A stretch of 64,000 nt of DNA from contig JBMHCE010000033.1 of NCBI GenBank assembly GCA_049890075.1, positions 80,356 through 144,355 on the forward strand, given 5' to 3'. Shown one piece after another: positions 43,217 to 53,317 of this stretch (within the stretch, counting starts at the first letter, position 1; every line of letters begins with the position of its first letter). Position numbers and translations under genes: made by a program. The notes beneath the pieces were generated by a model. It had not been told where the DNA came from. It made no database searches and saw only the letters and a program-made list of their open reading frames with translations. The DNA is from Chitinophagales bacterium. Its GTDB lineage: Bacteria; Bacteroidota; Bacteroidia; Chitinophagales; UBA8649.

Positions 43217-43566
43217 AATGATTAAAATCTTTTATTTAAAAAAACTATAGTCATCATTAGGAGTGTTATTATGTGGAATACTACTAGTACAGTGGGCAAT
43301 CCACATATTTCAAACACTAAGTTAACCTATCTTTTCCCTAAGAAGTTCAGATTTAAGAGCAAAGTTGAGTATAATAAACATTGTGTGCATTATAAGTAGT
43401 TTACTCATTGTGGAATAATTATTTGTGAGCAACTGGTGTACATCATGAGGAAAAGCAGCAATATTTTACTTGAAAGAACACCATTAGTCAATTTTACCTA
43501 GCATATACACATAAGGCAAGTACTTTTAACGTTGTAATTAACATTATATGTTAATAGCTTAGAATA

Positions 43567-46500
43567 ATGATTAAAGATAAAATCATAGAGTCTGGCAAAG
43601 TAGGTCTGTATAAACGGCTGGAGTATAAGATTTTACGTGCTCTATGTTTATCTACTCTGCTTTGGAGTATAATGAGCTTAGCTCTGCTTATATTTTTTAT
43701 TGAAGGTAATGTAAGCTGGCCGGTGTGGGTGGCACTTGGCTCTAGTATTGCGTCTTTACTCTTTATTTCTTTTAGGATTTTTCATACCTATACTCTAAGT
43801 GAAATCTATATAGTTAACACAGTACTTTCTTGGTATGATCATCAAGCTGATCAGGCAAAACACAAACTTCAATACGGATTAGAATTTGAGGAAACCTATT
43901 CGGACAAGAGTTCAGAGCCAGTAGATAGTTTACTTCCAACTTGGCATAAGGAGGAAAAGCAGCAAAAGCGGTTTAGAACGCTTTTATTGTTATCTACAAT
44001 TATTGCTGGAACCTTGGTAAGCCTAAGTCCATGGACAGAGGCGTTTTCTAATGCATTTGCGATTAATCAGGGTAATGAAAGCAACGAACGTATTGTCTGG
44101 TTGTCGGAAAATCAGGTAGAAGTAGGTCAGCCATATACCCTACTTGCTGTGATACAGGATACTAGTTATACATCAAATGATTTATTACTTAATAACCTGA
44201 AAATCAAACCTTTATATAAAAACGATACGCTTTCCTATGTAATTGAATCAGTTAATCAAGATTTACATTTTACTTGGCAGAATGGTGATAAAATCCTTTC
44301 ATCTTTTCATGTTGAAGTGGTGAACACAACAGGTTATTTATATAAGGTGGTATTAACTCCTCCTAGTTACATCGAGCAACAAGCGGTCCAATGGATAAAC
44401 CCAAAGAATATTGAAGTTTTTGAAGGGAGCACTTTGCGTGTAGAAAAACAATCAAGCGATGATAGTAGTGTGTTGTCATTTAATGGATTGTTACGCCAAT
44501 TCAATGAGGATTTTATTGTAATGGAGTCGGCTCCATGCTATACCACTATAGATCAAGATACATTGTGGTCAATGGTTGTTGATGTGTTAACCGATAATGA
44601 GCCAACCATTTCTATGGAATGGAATTATGATACGATGGCACGTGCATACACTGCTATTGGGTCATTTGAAGATGATTTTGGTGTATCAAGCGTTTTTCGA
44701 CAAGTGCACTTTATTCAATCTGGCGAGATAATAGATACAAAGCGCTACAGCGTTATTCATGATAAATCAGTAGAGGGTGATTTTGCAGACTATTTTAGGC
44801 GTAAGGATTTATGGAGATCTGGAGTAGACGCAATAGAAATAAGTTATGGAGCATGTGACAATAATAAGGTAAAAGGAAGCCAGTGTGCTTTTTCGCGAAA
44901 GATTATTCTCACGGTGCCCAATCAAGATACTTGGGATGATCAAAAAGATGAGGAGATTGAGGAAATGGAGACTACGGCTAATCGTCTAAATAGCACTCAG
45001 TCAACAATGAATGAGCGGTTAGAAGACATACGAAATGAGCGATTAACAGAAACGTCTTCTAGTGCCGATAATATGGAAATTCTTGACTTTTTAGAAAGTT
45101 TGGAAAAGTTAAGCGATCAAAAAAATCTACTACAGGAGGAGATAGAAGCTTTTATGTTAATGGCTGAAGAGTTTAATGATCCAGTGGATACCAGCGTGTT
45201 AAACCCTTTGCTAGAAGAAGCCCAGGAAGATAGTAGGAGGGAAGAGTTAATGGATAAGATTAGAGAAGCGCTTGAACAGCAAGATGAAGAGACCTTAGAT
45301 AATGCGTTAGAGGAGCTAAGTGAGATGGAAAGTAAGGAAGAAATGTCTTTAGAGATGTTAGAACGGATGCTTTCCCAGCTAATGAAAGAAAACGCCTTAA
45401 AGGATGCAATACAAGAACTAGAGCAGTTAAGTAAAGAAGAGGATTCACTTGATTTGAATGATACTAATGCCCTTGCGAAACAAAACGACATCAACGAACA
45501 GTTTGATGATATAAAGAACTCTATACAAGAGGGTGAGGATTTGTTAGGAGAAGAATCACAGGACATAGGTGATTTTTCAGAAGAGATCGACAATGATTTG
45601 CAAGACCTTTCAAATCAAATGCAGCAGGGATCTCCAAGTGAATCGAATAAGTCGAACGCGGCCCAAAAAATGCAGCAATTAAGTTCTATGTTGTCCATGG
45701 CAATGAAATCAGCTAAGCAAAAGCAACTAGAGATGGACTTAGCCACATTACAACAGTTGTTAGAAAATCTAGTAGACTTATCACTTATTGAAGAAGACCT
45801 CTTTTTGTCTAGACCATCTTCCAATGTCGGTGTTTTTACCAAAGAGCGCAAAGTACGCAGTCAAACGCTTTGGAATAAAAACTTTGATGGCGTAAAAGAC
45901 ACCCTGATGGCACTAGCTTCAAGAAGCCCAACAGCGCAAAAGCCAATAATAGACGGAATTGTGCGTATAGAAAAGCGACAAGAGCAGTTAGCAAAAAGTT
46001 TTGAAAGAGGCAGTCAAGCCACGTGGGCTACCCAGGCGCAAGGGGTAATGATGGAGGTTAATGAAATTGCTTTACTGCTTGATGAGGCACTTCAAAATAT
46101 TCAAATGAACCTTTCAGGTCAGATGCAGGGAAGTCAAATGTGTGAAAACCCTGGGGGTACAGGTCAAGGCCAAAGCGGAAAACCTTCAAAAGAGGGAGGG
46201 CTTCAAGACATTATGTCTGATCAAGCAGCAATGGGCCAACAAGGCAATAAAGAAGGCGAGGGCGAAGATGGAAATAAGGGCAGCGCAGGAAAAGGAGGTA
46301 GCGGGGATAAAGAAGACGAAGCGTTAGCTGCACTAATCAAAGAACAGGCAAAGATCAGGAATGCCTTGGAAAACTGGCTTAAAGCCAATAATCTTGAAAA
46401 GGAAGGTAGAGGTGTTCTTGATCAAATGAAACGCCAGGAGCAAATGTTGTCTGAAGGGCTCTTAATGGGAAATGAGGAGTATAGCGAGGGCCTACAAAAC

Positions 46501-46719
46501 ATAGACTTACAGCTTCTGAAATTAGAACAAGCAGCCAACAAACAGGGTCAAAAAGAGACGCGAAAATCATCGTCACCCGTTGACCAGAATGTCGTAATTG
46601 TTCCAGAAGAAGTACAACAAGTAATCGATCAAATCATTCAACGAAGAAAGAGACCTACAAAAGTAAACCCGGGTTTGGTTGCGTTTTATGATAAACTATG
46701 GAGATCATTTACACAATAA
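43567..46719 (+). CDS. Large membrane-anchored protein with a long acidic coiled-coil and Gly/Lys/Glu low-complexity regions (possibly DUF4175-like)
   Basis: 1050 aa with two N-terminal TM segments (about residues 22-70) and a third at about 136-156. A beta-rich segment is followed by a ~220-residue Glu/Asp/Leu-rich heptad-like region (nt ~44930-45600). Then comes a GQGQSGKPSKEGG...GEGEDGNKGSAGKGGSGDKEDE tract. The family name is from memory only. Confidence 0.35.
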   Translation: MIKDKIIESGKVGLYKRLEYKILRALCLSTLLWSIMSLALLIFFIEGNVSWPVWVALGSSIASLLFISFRIFHTYTLSEIYIVNTVLSWYDHQADQAKHKLQYGLEFEETYSDKSSEPVDSLLPTWHKEEKQQKRFRTLLLLSTIIAGTLVSLSPWTEAFSNAFAINQGNESNERIVWLSENQVEVGQPYTLLAVIQDTSYTSNDLLLNNLKIKPLYKNDTLSYVIESVNQDLHFTWQNGDKILSSFHVEVVNTTGYLYKVVLTPPSYIEQQAVQWINPKNIEVFEGSTLRVEKQSSDDSSVLSFNGLLRQFNEDFIVMESAPCYTTIDQDTLWSMVVDVLTDNEPTISMEWNYDTMARAYTAIGSFEDDFGVSSVFRQVHFIQSGEIIDTKRYSVIHDKSVEGDFADYFRRKDLWRSGVDAIEISYGACDNNKVKGSQCAFSRKIILTVPNQDTWDDQKDEEIEEMETTANRLNSTQSTMNERLEDIRNERLTETSSSADNMEILDFLESLEKLSDQKNLLQEEIEAFMLMAEEFNDPVDTSVLNPLLEEAQEDSRREELMDKIREALEQQDEETLDNALEELSEMESKEEMSLEMLERMLSQLMKENALKDAIQELEQLSKEEDSLDLNDTNALAKQNDINEQFDDIKNSIQEGEDLLGEESQDIGDFSEEIDNDLQDLSNQMQQGSPSESNKSNAAQKMQQLSSMLSMAMKSAKQKQLEMDLATLQQLLENLVDLSLIEEDLFLSRPSSNVGVFTKERKVRSQTLWNKNFDGVKDTLMALASRSPTAQKPIIDGIVRIEKRQEQLAKSFERGSQATWATQAQGVMMEVNEIALLLDEALQNIQMNLSGQMQGSQMCENPGGTGQGQSGKPSKEGGLQDIMSDQAAMGQQGNKEGEGEDGNKGSAGKGGSGDKEDEALAALIKEQAKIRNALENWLKANNLEKEGRGVLDQMKRQEQMLSEGLLMGNEEYSEGLQNIDLQLLKLEQAANKQGQKETRKSSSPVDQNVVIVPEEVQQVIDQIIQRRKRPTKVNPGLVAFYDKLWRSFTQ

Positions 46720-46748
46720 ATGATAGTATTATATATTATCTTTGAATT

Positions 46749-47147
46749 ATGCAGCAACTGATTGTTTCTTCTAAACATGAGAGCCTAAAAGAGATAGAGC
46801 ATTTCTTAGAGCAGGTCGTAGTTGAACACAATGTGTCTGACGAGGTTTTTGGGAACATGCTTATCGGCGTGACAGAAGCAGTTAATAATGCCATTATCCA
46901 CGGCAATAAAGAGGATGATTCAAAAAAGGTAACCCTAGAGTTCGAAAGAGAAGAGAATCCAGACAAGTTGGTTTTTCATATTCATGATGAGGGATCTGGT
47001 TTTGATTATAATGGGTTGCCAGACCCAACACACCCAGACAATCTAATGGTCGTTGGTGGCCGAGGAGTTTTTTTAATAAAACAGTTGGCCGACTGGGTTG
47101 TGTTTAGTAATGATGGGGCAACCATCGAGCTTCAATTCAGGTTATAA
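46749..47147 (+). CDS. GHKL-type ATP-binding protein, RsbW/SpoIIAB-like anti-sigma serine kinase fold
   Basis: 132 aa with N-box TEAVNNAIIHGN, G1 HDEGSGFD and G2 VGGRGVFLIKQLAD. Confidence 0.7.
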   Translation: MQQLIVSSKHESLKEIEHFLEQVVVEHNVSDEVFGNMLIGVTEAVNNAIIHGNKEDDSKKVTLEFEREENPDKLVFHIHDEGSGFDYNGLPDPTHPDNLMVVGGRGVFLIKQLADWVVFSNDGATIELQFRL

Positions 47148-47154
47148 TACTTCT

Positions 47155-47577
47155 ATGTTTGTGCGTGTGCTACGCGATGGCAACCCGGACCTTGCAATAA
47201 CGGTCAAAGAAGTAAAAGATGCCTTAATGTTATTTAGCCAGGAATACAACCTTCCGCTCCGGGGGGTGGACGTGATTCTAACAGATAGTGAGCGCCAAAT
47301 TGAGCATAATACCAGCCTGTTAAATCATAGGTATGATACAGATGTTATAACCCATGAAAGCGACACACCAATGGGCAAGCATGTAGAGCTATTTATAAAT
47401 GGTTCGACACAGTTTTTAGAAACCAACGAAAGCCACCAGGCCTACATCACACGCATGCTCTTCCATGGCTTGCTCCATGTAGTAGGTTATACAGACCAAA
47501 ACGAAAGCGATAAGCAGACAATGCACTTAGAGGAGAACCGATTGCTCAAATTGTTCCACGTGGAACATAAACCCTAG
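47155..47577 (+). CDS. ybeY: rRNA maturation endoribonuclease YbeY
   Basis: Start moved to the ATG at 47155, just after the upstream stop. The metal site reads [11 protein letters not shown]. Confidence 0.85.
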   Translation: MFVRVLRDGNPDLAITVKEVKDALMLFSQEYNLPLRGVDVILTDSERQIEHNTSLLNHRYDTDVITHESDTPMGKHVELFINGSTQFLETNESHQAYITRMLFHGLLHVVGYTDQNESDKQTMHLEENRLLKLFHVEHKP

Positions 47578-47582
47578 ATAGT

Positions 47583-49442
47583 ATGATGGAAAAATATAAT
47601 GTTATTGTTGTGGGAGGGGGTCATGCTGGGTGTGAGGCGGCAAGAATTTCAGCACGATTGGGTGCAAAAACCTTATTGGTTACCATGAACATGCAGGCCA
47701 TTGGACAAATGTCGTGTAATCCTGCTATGGGTGGTGTTGCCAAGGGTCAAATTGTTAGAGAAATTGATGCGCTCGGCGGGTTTTCGGGCAAAGTGGCTGA
47801 TCGATCTATGCTTCATTTTCGTATGTTGAATCGTTCAAAGGGCCCTGCAATGCACAGTCCAAGAACTCAGAACGACCGCCACCTATTTGCTAGAATTTGG
47901 AGGTCGGAGTTAGAAAGCACAGCCAACTTAGCTTTTTGGCAAGATGAAGTGGTGGGTTTGCAAAAAGAAGGGAAAAGGATCATAGGTGTTGTTTGTCGGT
48001 CAGGGTTGACGATAAGCGCAGACAAGGTGGTTATAACGGGTGGCACTTTCCTAGGCGGTGTCATTCATGTTGGCGAAGAGCAAAGAAAATCAGGAAGAGC
48101 AGGGGAATCTGCCTCAATAGGGCTCAGTGGTCAGTTACGTGACTGGGGGTTTGAAACAGGCAGGATGAAAACGGGTACGCCACCAAGAATTGATGGACGG
48201 ACAATCGATTACTCGGCCATGGAGATTCAGCCCAGCGAAGAGCCTACGGAGGTTTTTTCGTATGAGGCAAGCAATCTTTTTCAGGAAAGACGCCATTGTT
48301 ACATAACCTATACGAATACCAAGACACACGAAGTTTTACGAAAGGATTTTCATAAGTCTCCCATGTTTTCTGGTAGAATAGAAGGCAAGGGCCCGCGATA
48401 TTGTCCATCGATAGAGGACAAAATTGATCGATTTAGTGAAAGGGATCGTCACCAAATTTTTGTAGAGCCAGAAGGGGTAGACACTGTGGAGACTTATTTG
48501 AATGGTTTTTCAACTTCACTGCCTTTTGCTACACAACTAGAGGCGCTCCACACTATCCCGGGGCTAGAGAATGCAAAAATGTTCAGACCGGGTTATGCAA
48601 TAGAATACGACTATTTTCCGCCAAATCAGATTAAGCAAACACTAGAAACAAGGTTGATCGAAGGCCTCTATTTTGCGGGACAAATAAATGGTACAACGGG
48701 CTATGAAGAGGCAGCGTGTCAAGGTCTTATGGCGGGCATAAATGCAGCATTAAGCACGTTGGGGAGTTCACCCTTAATCCTAGAACGATCAGAAGCATAC
48801 ATAGGTGTTCTTATCAATGACCTAGTGTTTAAGGGTACCAATGAGCCATACAGAATGTTTACGTCGCGTGCCGAGTTTAGGCTTTCTTTGCGCCAGGACA
48901 ATGCGGATATGCGTTTAATGCCTATAGCACAGCGGCACAACCTTCTATCTGAAGAGGCTAGCCTTTTGTATCAGTCAAAGGTTTCTTTTATTAAGGATTT
49001 TAATGATTGTATTCGTAAAACATCCATTAGGCCTGAAACGATTAATGCCTTGCTGATAGATCGTGGTCAAGACCCCATTCGTCAGAGCGTGAAGCTTGAA
49101 AAGATATTGGCTAGGCCAGGTATAGCAACACACGACTTAGTCGCCTATTCAGAGGAATTCGCGCAATTAGTCAAAGGACAAAGGCCCCATTATATACATA
49201 CAGCAGAAATTGAGCATAAATATTCTGGGTATATAGCAAGAGAAGCAGAGAATGTAAAACGACTACAAAGCCTCGCGAAAGTTAAAATAAAGCCTACAAC
49301 GAACTTTGATGAAATGCCCTCTTTGTCCAAAGAAGCAAGGGAAAAGCTCAAACAGTTTAAACCGTCAACGCTAGGCGAGGCTCAGCAAATCAGTGGGGTC
49401 TCAGCAAGCGATATAACGGCACTATCAATTTATTTGTCGTAG
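47583..49442 (+). CDS. mnmG: tRNA uridine 5-carboxymethylaminomethyl modification enzyme MnmG (GidA)
   Basis: 619 aa with the FAD motif [25 protein letters not shown] and YAIEYDYF. Confidence 0.97.
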   Translation: MMEKYNVIVVGGGHAGCEAARISARLGAKTLLVTMNMQAIGQMSCNPAMGGVAKGQIVREIDALGGFSGKVADRSMLHFRMLNRSKGPAMHSPRTQNDRHLFARIWRSELESTANLAFWQDEVVGLQKEGKRIIGVVCRSGLTISADKVVITGGTFLGGVIHVGEEQRKSGRAGESASIGLSGQLRDWGFETGRMKTGTPPRIDGRTIDYSAMEIQPSEEPTEVFSYEASNLFQERRHCYITYTNTKTHEVLRKDFHKSPMFSGRIEGKGPRYCPSIEDKIDRFSERDRHQIFVEPEGVDTVETYLNGFSTSLPFATQLEALHTIPGLENAKMFRPGYAIEYDYFPPNQIKQTLETRLIEGLYFAGQINGTTGYEEAACQGLMAGINAALSTLGSSPLILERSEAYIGVLINDLVFKGTNEPYRMFTSRAEFRLSLRQDNADMRLMPIAQRHNLLSEEASLLYQSKVSFIKDFNDCIRKTSIRPETINALLIDRGQDPIRQSVKLEKILARPGIATHDLVAYSEEFAQLVKGQRPHYIHTAEIEHKYSGYIAREAENVKRLQSLAKVKIKPTTNFDEMPSLSKEAREKLKQFKPSTLGEAQQISGVSASDITALSIYLS

Positions 49443-49446
49443 AAAG

Positions 49447-50766
49447 ATGGTTTTACCTTGGACTAGATTTTTCATAGCGTGTTGCTTTTTGCTTATGTTA
49501 CAGCGCTGTGCAAACCCGTTTGCCCCCACCGGCGGGCCAAAAGACACAACCCCCCCAAAAATATTAGTCGCCCCCAAAGACACAGTTGTAAACTATATGG
49601 GGGAGGAGTTGATTTGGGCCTTTGATGAACACATTAAGCCGATTGAAAAAGGTGGAATTACAGTACAACCCAATACGCTTTTATCAATAGAACAGCGAGG
49701 AAGCTCGCTCGTTATATCTTTGGAAAAAACAGATCCAGGCGTAGCCTACAATCTTTTGATTGACAATGCTGTAAAGGACTATAATGAAGGCAATGTTCTT
49801 CCTGAGCAATCCATTTGGATAACAACAAACGACACGTTATCTAGTGCATCGCTGTCATATGCAATTACATTTCTTCCTCCAAGTATTGATTTGACAACGT
49901 TAACCTCATCAATCCAGTGTGCTAACCCACCATTAGTATATGATTTGCAAAACAATGATCAACGAAAGGGTCGATTAGACCATGTATACAGAAAATGGAA
50001 GTATAGTTATGTATGGCATTGGGACGCAAACTCCAACAGTACAATTGATTCTTTTGAGCGGAGCAATCAGACCCCATTGGTTTTTGACGACAGCAACGAA
50101 ATTGTGATGCACTCAGCCACAAGACAACCAATAACGATAGATAGTCTTAGGGAAGGATGGTTTAGGATATACCCCAAACCACGTCGGTCTAGTTGGGACT
50201 CTGTTGCTCGCGCGAAAGGGTATAACTTTTCTACCTATGCCTGGGGTCATGATACCATTTATGCCAGTAGAACGCTTCCCGTGGGGGAAATTGGCGAGAT
50301 TAAGGATTCACAACACGTTAGATTAGGTTCTCTGTCGGGATTGTATAGTTCGGATACGGTGCAAGCTATTGTGTTGGTGTCTGACACAGCTCAGGCGGAT
50401 AGTGAGCATTTATCCGTTTTTGCGACACAGTCAAATAATTTGGATTCCCTCGCCATTCAAGAGGGTCTTTCTCTAGGTTTAAAAAGCTTTTATTTTATAT
50501 CCTTTTCCTTACCTAGTGAATTGGGCCTTGGACAAGACAGCCTGGTGATTGATATATATGATGAGTCTGGTACACTTTTGCTAAGTGATATATATGCAGA
50601 GAGCACTATATATTCGTTATATCATGAGCCTAGTTACGCCATCGTGTATGCTGCACAAGCGGAAGAAAAGGTGCTGTTGTATTCGGAGGGTATAAGCGCT
50701 CAGAAAAATTTTTTAGTGCAAGAGATATTAAAAGCTACAGGCAAGGCAATTTTCATAAATGATTAA
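49447..50766 (+). CDS. Putative lipoprotein with N-terminal C[16 protein letters not shown] segment (Ig-like/SbsA_Ig-type start)
   Basis: 439 aa with a signal peptide ending LMLQRC. The family assignment is weak. Its stop overlaps the lptB start by 8 nt. Confidence 0.4.
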   Translation: MVLPWTRFFIACCFLLMLQRCANPFAPTGGPKDTTPPKILVAPKDTVVNYMGEELIWAFDEHIKPIEKGGITVQPNTLLSIEQRGSSLVISLEKTDPGVAYNLLIDNAVKDYNEGNVLPEQSIWITTNDTLSSASLSYAITFLPPSIDLTTLTSSIQCANPPLVYDLQNNDQRKGRLDHVYRKWKYSYVWHWDANSNSTIDSFERSNQTPLVFDDSNEIVMHSATRQPITIDSLREGWFRIYPKPRRSSWDSVARAKGYNFSTYAWGHDTIYASRTLPVGEIGEIKDSQHVRLGSLSGLYSSDTVQAIVLVSDTAQADSEHLSVFATQSNNLDSLAIQEGLSLGLKSFYFISFSLPSELGLGQDSLVIDIYDESGTLLLSDIYAESTIYSLYHEPSYAIVYAAQAEEKVLLYSEGISAQKNFLVQEILKATGKAIFIND

Positions 50767-51484
50767 TAATCAAGGACTTATAAAGAAATATGGGCGACGA
50801 ACCGTCGTCGATAATGTAAGCTTCCGTGTGAACAAAGGAGAGGTTGTGGGGCTTTTAGGCCCCAATGGTGCAGGTAAAACAACTACGTTTAATATGATTG
50901 TGGGCTTGGTTAAGCCAGATGTAGGCTCTGTTGAACTTGATAACGTAGATATCACCAAAAAGCCAATGTACAAACGGGCCCGAATGGGAATAACATACCT
51001 TCCGCAAGAGGCTTCTGTATACAGACACCTGTCCGTAGAAGACAATCTTATGGCGATAATTGAGTTCCATGTCAAGTCCAAAAAGGAACAACGAGAACGG
51101 TGTGAGTCGTTAATTACAGAATTCGACCTTAATCACGTCCGGAAAACAAAAGGCGCATTGTTATCAGGAGGAGAACGGCGCAGGACAGAGATAGCAAGGG
51201 CTTTGGCAAGCAACCCGTCGTATGTTTTACTCGACGAACCGTTCGCGGGTATTGATCCCATTGCCGTAGAGGCCATTCAGCGAATAGTAGTTAAGCTTAA
51301 GTCGCTGGGCTTAGGTGTTCTTATAACAGACCACAATGTTCAGGAAACCCTCAATATTGTTGATAGGGCTTATCTAATGAATGAGGGCAGGGTTTTTGCT
51401 GAAGGCAGTCCAGAGCAATTGGCTGACAACCCTCTTGCAAAAAAAATCTACTTGGGAGACCGTTTTGAATTGCGCAGAGATTGA
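50759..51484 (+). CDS. lptB: LPS export ABC transporter ATP-binding protein LptB
   Basis: 241 aa with [46 protein letters not shown] and [11 protein letters not shown]. Confidence 0.9.
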   Translation: MINNQGLIKKYGRRTVVDNVSFRVNKGEVVGLLGPNGAGKTTTFNMIVGLVKPDVGSVELDNVDITKKPMYKRARMGITYLPQEASVYRHLSVEDNLMAIIEFHVKSKKEQRERCESLITEFDLNHVRKTKGALLSGGERRRTEIARALASNPSYVLLDEPFAGIDPIAVEAIQRIVVKLKSLGLGVLITDHNVQETLNIVDRAYLMNEGRVFAEGSPEQLADNPLAKKIYLGDRFELRRD

Positions 51485-51485
51485 G

Positions 51486-52472
51486 CTACAGTCTTCGTGC
51501 CATTGAGTAGTCAGCAAGAAGAATTAGGCTATTTACTGCCTCGCTTGGGTTAAGAATAGATAGAGCACCTTTTGCTTTTTCTGCAAAGGATAACATTTCT
51601 TTGTTGCTGGCTTCAATCGCCCCGGAATTCTTGACGTATTCTATTGTTTTTTTCCGTGCATGGCCTTTTGTCCTACTTAGGCGTACTTGTTTTTCAAGCC
51701 AGCGGCGGTCGGCACTTGGTGCAAGCTCGTGAGCCAAAATAAGGGGAAGTGTCTTTTTTCCTTCACGCAAATCGTTACCCCGTGGCTTTCCAACTTCAGC
51801 CTCGCCATAGTCAAACAAATCATCTTTGATTTGAAAGGCCATGCCAAGGTTTAGGCCATAGGTAAATAGGGCCTGCCGAACTGTTTCGTTGTCCTCATGA
51901 TCACTGCTATGGGAACCAATGGCACAAGCTGCAGCCAACAATGCCGCAGTTTTCTTTTCAATTACTTTATAGTAAACGTCTTTGTCATATCGTTCTGTGC
52001 GAGATCGTTCGAGTTGTATCAGCTCTCCTTTGCTCATTTCTTCCACAGCAAGGGATAGCTCCTTTAACATGGAATACGCCTCATTGTCTACAGCAAGCTT
52101 GAGCCCAGCCCCTAGTAGATAATCTCCTACAAGAATAGAGACTTTGCTTTTCCAAAGTGCAGGTACAGAAAACATATGCCTTCTATGTTCGGCTTGATCG
52201 ACAACATCGTCATGAATAAGTGTCGCAGAGTGAAGAATTTCGACGAGTGCTGCGCCGACATGAGCCTTATCAGAAACCACACCGTGTGCGGCCCGTGCGC
52301 TTAGTAAGACAAAGATAGGCCGAAGTTGCTTCCCTTTGTTCTTTATCATGTACCGTAGCACTCGATTGAGTAACGGGGCATCACTAGATATAATGGATTC
52401 GAAAACAGTTTGGAACTTCTCCAAATCCGCGGCTATCGGGCGCTTGATATCTAGAATAGTTGGGTTTTTCAA
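51486..52472 (-). CDS. Polyprenyl diphosphate synthase (long-chain trans-IPPS; IspB-like)
   Basis: 328 aa with the first Asp-rich motif LIHDDVVD and the second QIKDDLFD. KGKQLRP is also present. Confidence 0.9.
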   Translation of the reverse strand: MKNPTILDIKRPIAADLEKFQTVFESIISSDAPLLNRVLRYMIKNKGKQLRPIFVLLSARAAHGVVSDKAHVGAALVEILHSATLIHDDVVDQAEHRRHMFSVPALWKSKVSILVGDYLLGAGLKLAVDNEAYSMLKELSLAVEEMSKGELIQLERSRTERYDKDVYYKVIEKKTAALLAAACAIGSHSSDHEDNETVRQALFTYGLNLGMAFQIKDDLFDYGEAEVGKPRGNDLREGKKTLPLILAHELAPSADRRWLEKQVRLSRTKGHARKKTIEYVKNSGAIEASNKEMLSFAEKAKGALSILNPSEAVNSLILLADYSMARRL

Positions 52473-52579
52473 AACACCGTCTATGTTAAAATTTAAAACA
52501 AAGTCTCAAAAATGAAACCCATGAGGGTTTAGACTAGTATATAAAGGTACAATGTGTAGACTTTTTAAACGTGTAGAAA

Positions 52580-53317
52580 ATGATAATCCTGGCAAAACGT
52601 TGGGCCTGCCTTCTTAGTGCAGCCCTGTTCTTTATGACGCCCTTAGAACTCAGTGCACAGCACGAAGTAGGCGTAAAACTTCATACAATAAACTTTATGG
52701 GTGACCTTGGAGGAGGTGGAGGAATGGGCACCGTCTTTCTTAAAGATGTAAATGTCCAAGCGACTACTATGGGATTTTCCTTAGAACATAAACGTCATTT
52801 TGCAAAGGTCTTGTCTTGGAAAACCGCCTTTGGCGCATTTTCTATTCATAGCAATGATCAGTATACCCGCAATCCATTTAGAAGAGAACGAGACCTTGGA
52901 ATGAAGGGGTCACTAGTAGAGTTTACCACAGGTCTAGAAATAGACATCTTTCCAATGCCTTATTGTGTAAAGCGTTCGTCAGTAACTCCCTATTTCGGGG
53001 TTAGCGCAGGTGCTGCTTTATCTAATGTGGATGTTATTCAGAACACCTTTAATGAAGAAAAGCTTGAATTGGAGCAGGAATATCTTACAGAAAAGACAAG
53101 GCAGATAGCTCCGATTTTCCCGATGTATCTAGGAATAAAAGCCAAGTTTGGCCCAAGCTGGGTATTCTCCTCAGAGTTAAACTACAGACAGATAATAGGT
53201 GACAACTTAGATGGTTACGTACGGCAACAGGGAGATACTTATTTTTCGCTATCTGTGGGTATAGCGTACAATATATGCGGCCCCGCCTTTAGCCCTATTC
53301 GTTGTCCTCGTTTTTAA
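52580..53317 (+). CDS. Putative outer-membrane beta-barrel protein
   Basis: 245 aa with a signal peptide (LSAALFFMTPLELSAQ), alternating amphipathic strands and a C-terminal aromatic-rich end. There is no recognisable enzymatic motif. Confidence 0.45.
   Translation: MIILAKRWACLLSAALFFMTPLELSAQHEVGVKLHTINFMGDLGGGGGMGTVFLKDVNVQATTMGFSLEHKRHFAKVLSWKTAFGAFSIHSNDQYTRNPFRRERDLGMKGSLVEFTTGLEIDIFPMPYCVKRSSVTPYFGVSAGAALSNVDVIQNTFNEEKLELEQEYLTEKTRQIAPIFPMYLGIKAKFGPSWVFSSELNYRQIIGDNLDGYVRQQGDTYFSLSVGIAYNICGPAFSPIRCPRF

Noticed and set aside
45117-45593. 158-aa Ser-rich minus-strand ORF inside the 1050-aa gene.
   Set aside because: It is the reverse-complement reading of the GAA/GAG/GAT-rich acidic coiled-coil region (Glu codons read as Ser/Leu/Phe on the other strand). 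This is a compositional artefact.
47098-47154. Longer ybeY start overlapping the kinase-like gene by 50 nt.
   Set aside because: The ATG at 47155 lies just after the upstream stop and gives the usual ~140-aa YbeY length.
47155-47577. The YbeY metal motif reads [11 protein letters not shown], with Asp in place of the third His of the classical H-x3-H-x5-H.
   Set aside because: Asp can ligate zinc, and from memory (unverified) this variant is typical of Bacteroidota YbeY. It is probably lineage-typical rather than a loss of function.
52515-52577. Hairpin AAACCC-atga-GGGTTT (52515-52530) and a GTGTAGA direct repeat (52554-52560 and 52571-52577) in the divergent region before the beta-barrel protein gene.
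   Set aside because: The elements are short and lie in a promoter region, so I cannot distinguish them from chance without comparative data. They are noted only as possible operator sites.
53295-53317. 23-nt convergent overlap of the ligA 3' end with the beta-barrel protein gene. Similar cases are an 11-nt overlap at 26429-26439 and a 4-nt overlap at 19828-19831.
   Set aside because: Short convergent overlaps are common in compact genomes, and no additional structure was seen in them.
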